Shown: positions 18,400 to 27,471 of the stretch, piece after piece | Layout of the letters: each line of letters begins with the position of its first letter | Numbering within the stretch: position 1 is the first letter of the stretch | Assembly: GCA_037439525.1 (NCBI GenBank) | Contig: JBBIVW010000003.1 | Span: forward strand, 124,393 to 188,392 | Origin: Anaerolineae bacterium | GTDB lineage: Bacteria; Chloroflexota; Anaerolineae; Anaerolineales; UBA4823 | Direction of reading: 5' to 3' | Length of the DNA stretch: 64,000 nt | Program-made: the position numbers and the translations under genes | Notes under the pieces: model-generated | Databases searched by the model: none | Seen by the model: the letters and a program-made list of their open reading frames with translations, nothing else | What the model was told of the DNA's origin: nothing

Positions 18400-19344
18400 T
18401 TAAATCTGCTGCAATTGATAGGTGTATCCACCTTCCAGGGATAACTGTTCCGAAAGATGTCGCCTGAGGTATTGCCCACAATTGCTGCCAATCAAGTTCT
18501 CCTCGAGCTCTCCAATGCTCACTATGACCTCGTACCCCGCCTTACGTAAAGCCTCAAAAAGCGCATCGCCTTCATTTGACTCGTATGGATCGACATATGA
18601 CGTAAGGTTGTGTTCTCTGGCGCGATATGTTGGGTTTAGTGGGGTGATTTTGATGAGGAACTTTTCAGGCGAGAAATATGCGCGCAGTTTTTCAACCTCC
18701 ACAGGATACCCTTTCGCAAGGGCAAAGTTCAAGGTAACTTTGCGGTCTCCGGGCTGGTAAAAACGCTCTCCATAGGCAGCCATTTCGGTAAAACCCCACT
18801 TTTTTATCGGGATGATGCAGTCGCGCAATGCCTCATCGGTTGTATGGATGGAAAATTGAAATTGAAACTGACCGTTAGGATACATATCCCTTTTGATTTC
18901 TAGCAAGCGCTCAAAGAACCGCTCGCCCCGGGATGGCGCCACCGTCGATATGGAAGGCATTAACCCTGGGGCGTTAAGGCGCCGAGGCAACTCTTCCAAG
19001 ACATCCAAGACAGCGAGATTCAAAGCCGGTTCCCCCATACGAGCGAATTGAATCTTGAATTGTCTGCAAGGCACACTCGCCTGCGGGTATCTTCTGTGCA
19101 CCAGAAACTCAATCTGCTCCATGATCTCGTCCTTGCTGGCAACACCTTTATACCCCCCACCCGCATCGCACATCAGACAGCGCACCGGACAACCGAACAT
19201 GGTCGAAACGAGCAACACCCACTTGTCCTCACGGGGCAAGGGAGGTTGTATTGCTTCCACACATTCCAGATGCTTGCCGTCACCAAACTCTAGGATATAA
19301 ACCAGGGCAACTTCTTCTTTACCCGTTGAGGCAATCACGCGCAT
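18400..19344 (-). CDS. radical SAM enzyme with RlmN/Cfr-like core
   Basis: CPVRCLMC (CX3CX2C) cluster. Ordered blocks ARMGEPALN, SISTVAP, FSIHTTD, LNFALAKG, IKITPLNP and a C-terminal GSNCGQY resemble the RlmN/Cfr core, including the CGQ loop. Confidence 0.8.
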   Translation of the reverse strand: MRVIASTGKEEVALVYILEFGDGKHLECVEAIQPPLPREDKWVLLVSTMFGCPVRCLMCDAGGGYKGVASKDEIMEQIEFLVHRRYPQASVPCRQFKIQFARMGEPALNLAVLDVLEELPRRLNAPGLMPSISTVAPSRGERFFERLLEIKRDMYPNGQFQFQFSIHTTDEALRDCIIPIKKWGFTEMAAYGERFYQPGDRKVTLNFALAKGYPVEVEKLRAYFSPEKFLIKITPLNPTYRAREHNLTSYVDPYESNEGDALFEALRKAGYEVIVSIGELEENLIGSNCGQYLRRHLSEQLSLEGGYTYQLQQI

Positions 19345-20249
19345 AGCTCTGTCTCCTTCAAAGTCCGATAAATCTGCATAGCGGCTAAGAGACCATCCCC
19401 GATGGCAATGCCTGTTTGCCGGTATATGCCACGATGTACATCACCAATGAAATACAATCTGCCCGCCTTTAACAATTCGGCTTTCAACAATTGTATCTTA
19501 TCCGTAAGAAAATCGAGGCGGGGTTCTCGCCCTAAGGCACACAAGAGCACATCCGCATGAAACTCAAACTGCTCTCCTGCTCTTTGCCCGGATAAGAGCA
19601 ACCCCGCCGAGGAATCAAAAGCAACTTTCACGATGTTTGTGTTTGGCACATAGGCGATACTCTCTATTTGGCGGGCGCGTTGCCATAACAATGGCAGGCA
19701 CTTGAGGGTACTACTTCTATTTATGATCGTGATACGGTTACGTGGCGCAAGATTAAGGGCGTAATCAAAAGCCGCATCCCCTGCACCGAGGATCGCCACC
19801 TTTCTGCCGATCAAATCTCGCAACGGGTAAACTTCATAATAAACGTATCGCTCAGCACCCTCTTCCAGCATGTGCGCGGGCAATTGCCGTGGTTTTGTCC
19901 CACTGGCGATCACGACGATGCGGGACTGATATTCATTTTGCTGAGTTGTGAGCAGAAAACGCCCTTTTTCATAGTTAAGCGCCAGGACTTCTTCATAACA
20001 TACATCAACAGCCAGAAGTTCAAATTGCCGAACCATTTGATGCACCAATTGAGGTCCGGCTATTCCACCCGGAAAGCCGGGGTAGTTTTCGACCAAATTC
20101 GCATTCCAAAGCAGCCCGCCGAGACACGTGGCTTCAATCAACAAGGGGTCAAGGTCATAGCGCTTCATCTGGAGCGCCGCGGTCATCCCTGCCGGACCAC
20201 CGCCAATGACCACCACATCCCGATAAAGACCAGCGCTCATGACATCCAT
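19335..20249 (-). CDS. FAD/NAD(P)-binding oxidoreductase (thioredoxin-reductase-like fold, no CxxC)
   Basis: VVIGGGPAGMTAA and a second VAILGAGDAAFDYA dinucleotide motif. The CATCDG redox-active disulfide is absent (the sequence reads EATCLGG). Confidence 0.8.
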   Translation of the reverse strand: MDVMSAGLYRDVVVIGGGPAGMTAALQMKRYDLDPLLIEATCLGGLLWNANLVENYPGFPGGIAGPQLVHQMVRQFELLAVDVCYEEVLALNYEKGRFLLTTQQNEYQSRIVVIASGTKPRQLPAHMLEEGAERYVYYEVYPLRDLIGRKVAILGAGDAAFDYALNLAPRNRITIINRSSTLKCLPLLWQRARQIESIAYVPNTNIVKVAFDSSAGLLLSGQRAGEQFEFHADVLLCALGREPRLDFLTDKIQLLKAELLKAGRLYFIGDVHRGIYRQTGIAIGDGLLAAMQIYRTLKETELCA

Positions 20250-20899
20250 TCCAAAAGGTGAGTGCTCATTTGAGGGATCGCTAACCCATGAGACAAAGTG
20301 CGCAATGAAGATAGATGCAATTCAGCCGTGTAGGTTGCCGTGGCATCCACAACAAAGTAGACGGTGTAGCCGCGCACAAATGCAGCCCGCGCGGTGGTCT
20401 CGCAGCATAAATGGGTCATCACGCCGGTGATCACCAGGCTGTCAACGCGCGCGGATTTGAGCAGCGCATCCAATGAGGTGTCATAAAACGCATCGTATTG
20501 GGTTTTATCCAGCACCAGGTCTGTGGAGAGGTCAACTTCCAAATCTGCATGTAAAGATGCCAAGGGGTGGTTGGGGGTGATCAGTTCGCGCCACCAAACC
20601 GCCATCATCCCGGCGTTTTCGTAGGTGTTGACATGGCGGGTGTAAATGACTGGTCGATGCATGGCTTTGAACGCGCGCACCAACGCATTGATGTTCTGTA
20701 GGATTGCGGGGGCGCTGGGCACAAACGCATGTGAAGAGGGGGTAAGAAAATAGTCTTGCATATCCAGAACGAGCAAGCCGGCGTGCTGGGGGCTAAATGG
20801 AAATCGAGAAAATATTTTGCGAAAGCCAACCTGCTGGTAAAAAACCTCTGCCTGGCCTGCCAGCGTCTCAGGTGTGTAATAGGCTTCTTTCATTGACAT
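20237..20899 (-). CDS. isochorismatase-family cysteine hydrolase
   Basis: LLVLDMQDYF...LVITGVMTHLCCETTARAA, which gives the Asp, Lys and Cys triad context. Confidence 0.85.
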   Translation of the reverse strand: MSMKEAYYTPETLAGQAEVFYQQVGFRKIFSRFPFSPQHAGLLVLDMQDYFLTPSSHAFVPSAPAILQNINALVRAFKAMHRPVIYTRHVNTYENAGMMAVWWRELITPNHPLASLHADLEVDLSTDLVLDKTQYDAFYDTSLDALLKSARVDSLVITGVMTHLCCETTARAAFVRGYTVYFVVDATATYTAELHLSSLRTLSHGLAIPQMSTHLLEWMS

Positions 20900-20902
20900 A
20901 TC

Positions 20903-21829
20903 TCAACGTGTATAACGGTTCACCATCCAAACCCCAAGCAGGATCAAGCCACCGCCAATAATCGTCGCCAGCAAGATTTGCTCTCGGAGCATTCGGGCAG
21001 CGATCAGAACGGTGACCACCGGCTCCAGGTATAAAAACGCGCCCACTTGTGCCACAGGAAGCCTTTGTAACGCGTCAAACCAAAAGATGTACGCCAGCCC
21101 AGAACAGGCAATGCCTAAAAAGGCAATGCCTCCCCACCCTGCGAAGGACAAAGAGTGGACATCCGTCAGCCCTGGTCCGAGAATGAACAAGGCAGTGGTA
21201 AACAACCAGCCAAAAGCCATCACGTAGAACATCATCCAGGTCGCCGAAAAAGATTGCAAACCACGCCGCGAAAGCGCAGAAAAGACCGCCCAGTTTACCG
21301 CGCTGATGAGGATCAGGCCATCTCCACGCACCCCAAAGCGACCGGCAAACAGCGAGGCAAAGTCCCCTTTCGAAACCACGGCTAAAACACCCGCGGTCGC
21401 CAATAGGATGCCCAAAGCCTGCATCCAATTCAGCCTTTCATGCAACGCCATCCAGCCCAACAAAGCCATAAAAATGGGGGTGGTGGCAACAATCCAGGCA
21501 GTGGTTGTCGCCTGAGAGGTGACCAATCCATTAGACTGCAGCCATTGATGAAAAGTGATGCCCAAGAATCCTAAAAGCGCAAAATAGCCCAAATCCTTTA
21601 CACGAGGTAAAGATAATTGATGACGCACAGCAATGGTCAAGCCCAAGATTAAAACCCCAATGGCAAAACGTAGCCAAACGATGGTTGCCGGCTGTGCCTC
21701 GCGCAGGGCGATCTTCGTGGCAACAAAAGAGCCTCCCCAAAAAATCACCGCCAGAGTGGCTTCAGCGATGGCAAGACCCTTCGCCCGCGCTTGTGGGAGA
21801 TTAGCCATAGGCGGCAACCTGGAAGGCAA
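20903..21829 (-). CDS. EamA/DMT superfamily transporter
   Basis: 308 aa with 10 predicted TM segments in two EamA-like halves. Confidence 0.85.
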   Translation of the reverse strand: MPSRLPPMANLPQARAKGLAIAEATLAVIFWGGSFVATKIALREAQPATIVWLRFAIGVLILGLTIAVRHQLSLPRVKDLGYFALLGFLGITFHQWLQSNGLVTSQATTTAWIVATTPIFMALLGWMALHERLNWMQALGILLATAGVLAVVSKGDFASLFAGRFGVRGDGLILISAVNWAVFSALSRRGLQSFSATWMMFYVMAFGWLFTTALFILGPGLTDVHSLSFAGWGGIAFLGIACSGLAYIFWFDALQRLPVAQVGAFLYLEPVVTVLIAARMLREQILLATIIGGGLILLGVWMVNRYTR

Positions 21830-21841
21830 ACAATATGTACC

Positions 21842-22291
21842 CTAAAAAGAAGGAAGCCAGGGGCGTGTCCATGGCATGCCCAGCGCGAGCAGTGCCCCTG
21901 CTAAGAGGAACCAGAACAAGGCACGTCGATGTTTCTGGATAGCTTCAGGGGCTTTGCGGGAAGAGATGCTGCCTAGATGGGCGAACACCACTGCCCCAAA
22001 CATATATAGCGCATGTTCCAGGGAAAAAAAGCGCAGGCTGCTCTCGCGCATGGCAGCCGAAAAGTTCTGCAGGGCGATTTGCGTCAATGGGCTATATACC
22101 AAGTACAAAAGCGCACCTAAGAGCAATTGAACATCCAGGGAAACGGTGAAAAACATACTTAATAGACGATGTTGCTTGTTCCAACTCTGCTTTCGAAAAA
22201 CCCCCCAAGCAGCGCTGCCGATTGCCAGTACACCGGTAACGACAACGACCCAACGGATAAGATTATGTAAAGCCAAAACAACCGGGTACAT
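21842..22291 (-). CDS. four-TM membrane protein, hypothetical
   Basis: 149 aa with hydrophobic helices. It is the first gene of a tightly packed minus-strand array. Confidence 0.55.
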   Translation of the reverse strand: MYPVVLALHNLIRWVVVVTGVLAIGSAAWGVFRKQSWNKQHRLLSMFFTVSLDVQLLLGALLYLVYSPLTQIALQNFSAAMRESSLRFFSLEHALYMFGAVVFAHLGSISSRKAPEAIQKHRRALFWFLLAGALLALGMPWTRPWLPSF

Positions 22292-22468
22292 CTATCACAT
22301 CTCCTTGCTTCCAGAGTGTAAAATGCCTTCAACAGATAGCCCAATGATACCAAAGCCCCCAAAGACTGTCTATCGGGAATTCGCCCTAACCTAGAAGTGT
22401 CAGGAGTGCCCAGGAGCAGATTTATGTGATACGATTACCCCGGAAAGGAGCTGGAACGCAAAAAGCTT

Positions 22469-23818
22469 ATGGAAGAAATCGCAGATGCCGATATTCTGAG
22501 TACCTGTTTGAAGCACAGTTTCTGGACATGGTCTGCACAGGGAAAAGTAAGCCCTATTCCAGTAAAGCAGGCAAAAGGCGTATATTTTTGGGATGTATCC
22601 GGCAAACGCTACCTGGATTTCAATTCAATGGTCATGTGCGTGAACATCGGTCATGGGAATAAGCGCGTCATCCAGGCGATTATTGAACAAGCGCAAAACC
22701 TGGCCTATGCCGGTCCACCCATGGCAACCAAACCCAGAGCCACTTTAGGGAAGATATTGAGCGAGATCACCCCTGGGGATATCGACCATTTCCTGTTCAC
22801 CTTAGGGGGCGCGGACGCCAACGAGAACGCCATCAAACTTGCCCGTGCGTTTACCGGAAAACACAAAATCCTCGCCCGCTATCGCTCTTATCATGGCGCT
22901 ACGGCAGGAGCCATGGCAGCCACCGGCGACCCGCGGAGAGTCGCCTGGGAACCCAACCTGATGCCTGGAGTGGTCCATTTCCTCGACCCTTACCGTTACC
23001 GTTCCACTTTTCATCGCACCAATCCGCACATCTCCGAAGAGGACTTCAGCCTGGATTATCTCAATCACCTTGAGGAAATAATCCAGTATGAAGGCGCAGA
23101 GACCATCGCAGCCATCCTGCTAGAACCGGTAACGGGGACAAATGGGATAATCATCCCTCCGGCGGGCTATCTGCAAGGGGTGCGCACTCTATGCGACCGA
23201 TATGGCATCCTGCTGATCGCGGATGAAGTGATGAGCGGCTTTGGCCGAACGGGTAAATGGTTTGCTGTGGACCATTGGGATGTGGTGCCGGACCTGATCA
23301 CGATGGCAAAGGGATTGACTTCCGGCTATGCCCCGCTCGGTGCAGTAGGCATGCGTCCAGAGATCGCCTCATTTTTCAAAGAACGTGTGTATTGGAGCGG
23401 GTTGACTTACAACGCCCACCCCATCTCGCTGGCAGCAGCGATTGCCAATATTCAGGTAATGCAAGAAGAGCATCTGATCGAACATGCCGCAAAAATGGGC
23501 GGCTTGCTTCACCGCCTGCTCACCGACCTCGGGGAACAACACCCTAGCGTCGGCGAAGTGCGTTCCATCGGTCTATTTGGAGTCATCGAGTTGGTGCGCA
23601 ACCGAGAGACCAAGCAACCCATGGCGCCATTCAACAGCTCTAGCGCAGAGATGAACGCCCTACGTCAGTACCTGCTCGACCGCGGGGTGTACCTGTACAC
23701 ACACTGGCACACCCTGCTGATCATTCCGCCACTGATCATCCAGGAAGAGCAACTGCGCGAAGGCTTCGAAATCATCGACCAGGCATTGGAAATTACGGAT
23801 CGAGCTGTGCAAATCTAA
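22469..23818 (+). CDS. class III (omega) aminotransferase, PLP-dependent
   Basis: ADEVMSGFGRTGKWFA, the PLP-lysine region ITMAKGLTSGY, and the YHGAT block. Confidence 0.9.
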   Translation: MEEIADADILSTCLKHSFWTWSAQGKVSPIPVKQAKGVYFWDVSGKRYLDFNSMVMCVNIGHGNKRVIQAIIEQAQNLAYAGPPMATKPRATLGKILSEITPGDIDHFLFTLGGADANENAIKLARAFTGKHKILARYRSYHGATAGAMAATGDPRRVAWEPNLMPGVVHFLDPYRYRSTFHRTNPHISEEDFSLDYLNHLEEIIQYEGAETIAAILLEPVTGTNGIIIPPAGYLQGVRTLCDRYGILLIADEVMSGFGRTGKWFAVDHWDVVPDLITMAKGLTSGYAPLGAVGMRPEIASFFKERVYWSGLTYNAHPISLAAAIANIQVMQEEHLIEHAAKMGGLLHRLLTDLGEQHPSVGEVRSIGLFGVIELVRNRETKQPMAPFNSSSAEMNALRQYLLDRGVYLYTHWHTLLIIPPLIIQEEQLREGFEIIDQALEITDRAVQI

Positions 23819-23835
23819 GCTTCAATGCGGCGAAC

Positions 23836-25266
23836 ATGGTGGAGATTCCCGCGGCTTTTCTGAGGCGCTTCAAAGATCTATTGGGAGAGGAGTTTCCGGC
23901 TTTTTCAGCCAGTCTGAATAGAGAGCCAATACAAGGTTTGCGTGTCAATACATTAAAAACCGAAGCGCAAAAGCTCAGCCAGCGCCTGCCCTATCTCCTC
24001 GAAGCAGTGCCATGGTCTCCCTGCGGTTTCGTCATCAAGGAAAACAAGGAACTCTCAGCCAGCAAACACCCCTTCCACCTGGCTGGCGCATATTACCTTC
24101 AGGAGCCCTCCGCCATGGCTGTGGCAGAGGTGCTTACCCCCGAACCTGGCGAGCGTGTCCTCGACCTGTGTGCCGCACCAGGAGGGAAAAGCACGCACAT
24201 CGTGTGCCTGATGAAAAACCGGGGACTTCTGGTAGCCAATGAGACACATCCCCAAAGAGCCTGGGAGCTGGTGAAAAACCTGGAGCGTTGGGGGGCGCGC
24301 AATACGGTCATCCTGAACGAACACCCCACACGCCTGGCAGCCCTATTTCAAGACTTTTTCGATAAAGTGCTGGTAGATGCACCATGTTCTGGAGAAGGTA
24401 TGTTCCGCAAGAGCGAAAATGCTCGCCGGGAATGGTCATACGCGCAGGTGCAGAGTTGCGCTTTGCGCCAACTTGCGATCCTGAAACAAGCTGCACAGAC
24501 CGTGCGCCCCGGAGGCACATTGGTTTACTCCACCTGCACTTTCAACCCTCAGGAGAACGAAGAGGTGGTTTACGCCTTCTTGAAGGAGCAACCTCACTTC
24601 GAATTAGCCAATATACCGCAGGCTATCGGGTTCTCTCGCGGCAGGGCAGATTGGATCCACGTCTCCACGGAGCGCGTTCCCCTCGAGCGTGCCATCCGCC
24701 TCTGGCCACATCTTTGCCAGGGGGAAGGTCATTTCATTGCCGCGATGGTCAGGCGACCTCAGCTAGAGAAGACGGCGCTGGCTTCCCACATACATGGAGA
24801 TCATCCTGCCAAATTGCCTGTGCAAATGCAAAAGATCATAAGAGCTTTTTTAGAAGAGCATTTCACCGAAGATGCCATCGCCGAAATCGAAGCGCATCAA
24901 ATGTACATCGACAAGGACGGAAAGGTATATCTCCTGCCCGAACCCTCCATCAACCTGGCCGGCTTGAGCGCCCTACAACCAGGCTGGTGGCTAGGTAGCC
25001 TCATACCCCAGGCTGGAAAACCTTCAGCCCAATTTCTCCCCTCTCACGCGCTGGCTATGGGCATCCAGGCGCAGGATTTTCGCTTCCTGCTCCGCATGAG
25101 CATTGGGAGCGATGAGTTGCAATCGTTCTTAAGAGGGGAAAACCTGCGTCACAACGCACGAAATGGTTGGTTGCTCGCAGTGCTGGATGAGTTCTCTCTG
25201 GGGTGGTTGAAAGGTGTTCAAGGGGTGTTGAAAAATCACCTGCCACGCGGATTACGCCTGCCTTGA
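23836..25266 (+). CDS. RsmB/RsmF (NOL1/NOP2/Sun) family RNA m5C methyltransferase
   Basis: DLCAAPGGKSTH SAM motif, DAPCSGEGMFRK and YSTCT catalytic Cys motifs, and a C-terminal PUA-like extension. Confidence 0.85.
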   Translation: MVEIPAAFLRRFKDLLGEEFPAFSASLNREPIQGLRVNTLKTEAQKLSQRLPYLLEAVPWSPCGFVIKENKELSASKHPFHLAGAYYLQEPSAMAVAEVLTPEPGERVLDLCAAPGGKSTHIVCLMKNRGLLVANETHPQRAWELVKNLERWGARNTVILNEHPTRLAALFQDFFDKVLVDAPCSGEGMFRKSENARREWSYAQVQSCALRQLAILKQAAQTVRPGGTLVYSTCTFNPQENEEVVYAFLKEQPHFELANIPQAIGFSRGRADWIHVSTERVPLERAIRLWPHLCQGEGHFIAAMVRRPQLEKTALASHIHGDHPAKLPVQMQKIIRAFLEEHFTEDAIAEIEAHQMYIDKDGKVYLLPEPSINLAGLSALQPGWWLGSLIPQAGKPSAQFLPSHALAMGIQAQDFRFLLRMSIGSDELQSFLRGENLRHNARNGWLLAVLDEFSLGWLKGVQGVLKNHLPRGLRLP

Positions 25267-26966
25267 AGGCGCGCGAGTTCGAGGTCAAATATGCGTCGTA
25301 GTATCGCCAGAGCCGAGGCGTAGGTCGAATCCATACCATAGTAGGAGAGGCTACCAGCCCCCAGGTTCCTGCCTTTGCTCAGCGGTGTATCCGAAGCGTA
25401 ATGGAGAATGCCTATATCAAACGGCAAGCTGTACAGGTTGACGATCTCATTAATCGGGTGGCGCTTTGGACGATACATTTCATAAACTGCAGAAAGGTAT
25501 GGCCCGGATTCCATTTCAATGTCCGTATAGCCCTCGCGATAAAAAACGTCCATATAGCGGGCGTTTTGCAGAAATGTGCCCATGACGCTCATCGCCTTCT
25601 GGTTATCCAGGACCGAGCCATACACCAGATGAGGGGAAATGTCCGCGGCGCTAAAACAATTCTCAAACAGATAGGTGTTCTTAGAGTGCTCGTCATGGAC
25701 TACATTGGGGATCATGACATCTCCTACCACAGCGTTCAACGTAGCAGCTTTGCCCATGATATAAACTCCGAGCACGGAGCTGACACGAGAGGCGACTTCG
25801 GTGAGGATGTCGTAGGCAGCCACCCCCAATGGGTAGTCGATGTTAACGATCAGCGCCTCGCTTTTCGAGAGAAGGCGATCATCAGCGTGAGTTTTCAAGC
25901 GTGGATCGATGTTTGCATAATCCAGAGAAGATAGCTCGATCACCTGTGCTTCAACATCAAAGGTGCGCATGCTCGAGACGCGCGTAATCCCCATGGCTTT
26001 CTCCAGTTGCGCCTGCTCTTCCAGGCTATCCAGGCCTTCATGCGCCTGCTGATACTTCCTGAGGAGGTAGTAGAGGAAGTTCTCCCGGCTAGAAGGAACC
26101 CTCCCCAACACAATCTCTCTCCATTCATTTTGTAACCCAACATTCCCGGAATTCTCCAGGTAAGCAATGAGTTTTCTTTCGTTCTTCAATGCAAAGCCGG
26201 TAAGAAGATTACGCATGCTATGCACATTACTAGAGACAAAATAAATCGGCCGCGAGCGTACCTGAGGGGCAGCAGCTTCGATGTTTTCCCACCAGGCATG
26301 GCGCGCTTTGCGGTACTCATTCAGAGAACCACTCAGTAAACGCACGCGCAGGTCGAGTGGAATATCTGCGATACGACGTAAATTACAACCAAAATCATCC
26401 CCCCAGATGGCAAACAAGCGGTCAAAATCCTCTATAGGCACATCCATCAGTTCTGCCAGGCGAGAATATCCACTGGGGCTCTCACAAAGCTCATCGAAAT
26501 TGACAGTGGGAGCAATGCGCCTTAAACGTAGATGCAGCTTATTCCATTCGATTTGTAAGGCGGTGAGCATCGGGATCATGTCATCGATATCCGAACGGCT
26601 GGCAATAAAACACGCCAGCACCCCACGGCCATCGAAGTAACAACGTCGACGACGGGCGATTGCCGCCGCCTCTTGCCACGAGGTCAACGCATGAAAACCC
26701 GCACGGGCAAAGACTTCATCGCTTTGCCCCAAAACCACCAACTGCACCTGAGGTAGACACGTGGGTAAGCGCAGCAAACTGTAGATCAACGCCGAAGTGT
26801 CAATTTGGGGCGTGTTGGCCTGCAAGTGCAACAGCGAGTGCATGCCTGCGTGAGCTTCTTCAAAAGAGCGAATGCGCACCTCTGCGGTCGAACGCAGCAA
26901 AGAATAGTAGGTGCGCATGTAGAGTTCGATCTCTTCAGAGGCGGTAGTGGGTACGGTCCTTTCCAT
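25236..26966 (-). CDS. two-domain protein with C-terminal PNP/UDP/AMP-nucleosidase-like phosphorylase fold
   Basis: In the C-terminal ~200 aa, IMGKAATLNAVVGDVMIPNVVHDEHS, DIEMESGPYL and HYASDTPLSKG resemble the catalytic domain of AMP nucleosidase or nucleoside phosphorylase. The N-terminal ~350 aa are unassigned. Confidence 0.55.
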   Translation of the reverse strand: MERTVPTTASEEIELYMRTYYSLLRSTAEVRIRSFEEAHAGMHSLLHLQANTPQIDTSALIYSLLRLPTCLPQVQLVVLGQSDEVFARAGFHALTSWQEAAAIARRRRCYFDGRGVLACFIASRSDIDDMIPMLTALQIEWNKLHLRLRRIAPTVNFDELCESPSGYSRLAELMDVPIEDFDRLFAIWGDDFGCNLRRIADIPLDLRVRLLSGSLNEYRKARHAWWENIEAAAPQVRSRPIYFVSSNVHSMRNLLTGFALKNERKLIAYLENSGNVGLQNEWREIVLGRVPSSRENFLYYLLRKYQQAHEGLDSLEEQAQLEKAMGITRVSSMRTFDVEAQVIELSSLDYANIDPRLKTHADDRLLSKSEALIVNIDYPLGVAAYDILTEVASRVSSVLGVYIMGKAATLNAVVGDVMIPNVVHDEHSKNTYLFENCFSAADISPHLVYGSVLDNQKAMSVMGTFLQNARYMDVFYREGYTDIEMESGPYLSAVYEMYRPKRHPINEIVNLYSLPFDIGILHYASDTPLSKGRNLGAGSLSYYGMDSTYASALAILRRIFDLELARLQGRRNPRGR

Positions 26967-27056
26967 AAGTAGTTACGCGTCTCCAAAAAGGCATACATTC
27001 ATATCCGCCCCTTCCGAAGGAGGCGCGGAAAAAACGGGTATCCTGAGCAGGCGGCA

Positions 27057-27467
27057 TCAACGGCGTCTGCGCCGTGGAGGAGGGCGGAGTGGTGGTGCAT
27101 CTAATGGGCCGTATCGAGGAGGCCCGATGAGGCTGTACACAATGGTGTAAAAAGCCACCAGCAGGGCAAAGCCCAATAAAGAAAGCAGCACCGTGACTAC
27201 AAGGTTCGCCAACAAATGCGGTATCGGTTCTCCAAGCGGAGGATATAGAAGGCCAACAAGTGGGATGCTTATCGGGCGCATCAGTGGATAAGGTGAGGGC
27301 AGCCAACCATTTTCGGCGTTCATCTCAACAAGAATAGCCGAGGCAGCATACGCCATGATCGGAATGAGCAGCAACAAAAGACACCCAATGCCTCGCCAAA
27401 CAGGGTGAATCTGCCAGGGACGAGGTTTATCCAAAGGGGATTTATGATATCTCTCGAATTTAGACAT
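27057..27467 (-). CDS. small three-TM membrane protein with Pro/Arg-rich tail
   Basis: 136 aa from the ATG at 27467, 5 nt after the upstream stop. It ends PPLRPPPRRRRR. The maximal ORF (to 27737) lies inside the upstream gene and was rejected. Confidence 0.5.
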   Translation of the reverse strand: MSKFERYHKSPLDKPRPWQIHPVWRGIGCLLLLLIPIMAYAASAILVEMNAENGWLPSPYPLMRPISIPLVGLLYPPLGEPIPHLLANLVVTVLLSLLGFALLVAFYTIVYSLIGPPRYGPLDAPPLRPPPRRRRR

Positions 27468-27471
27468 GTCT

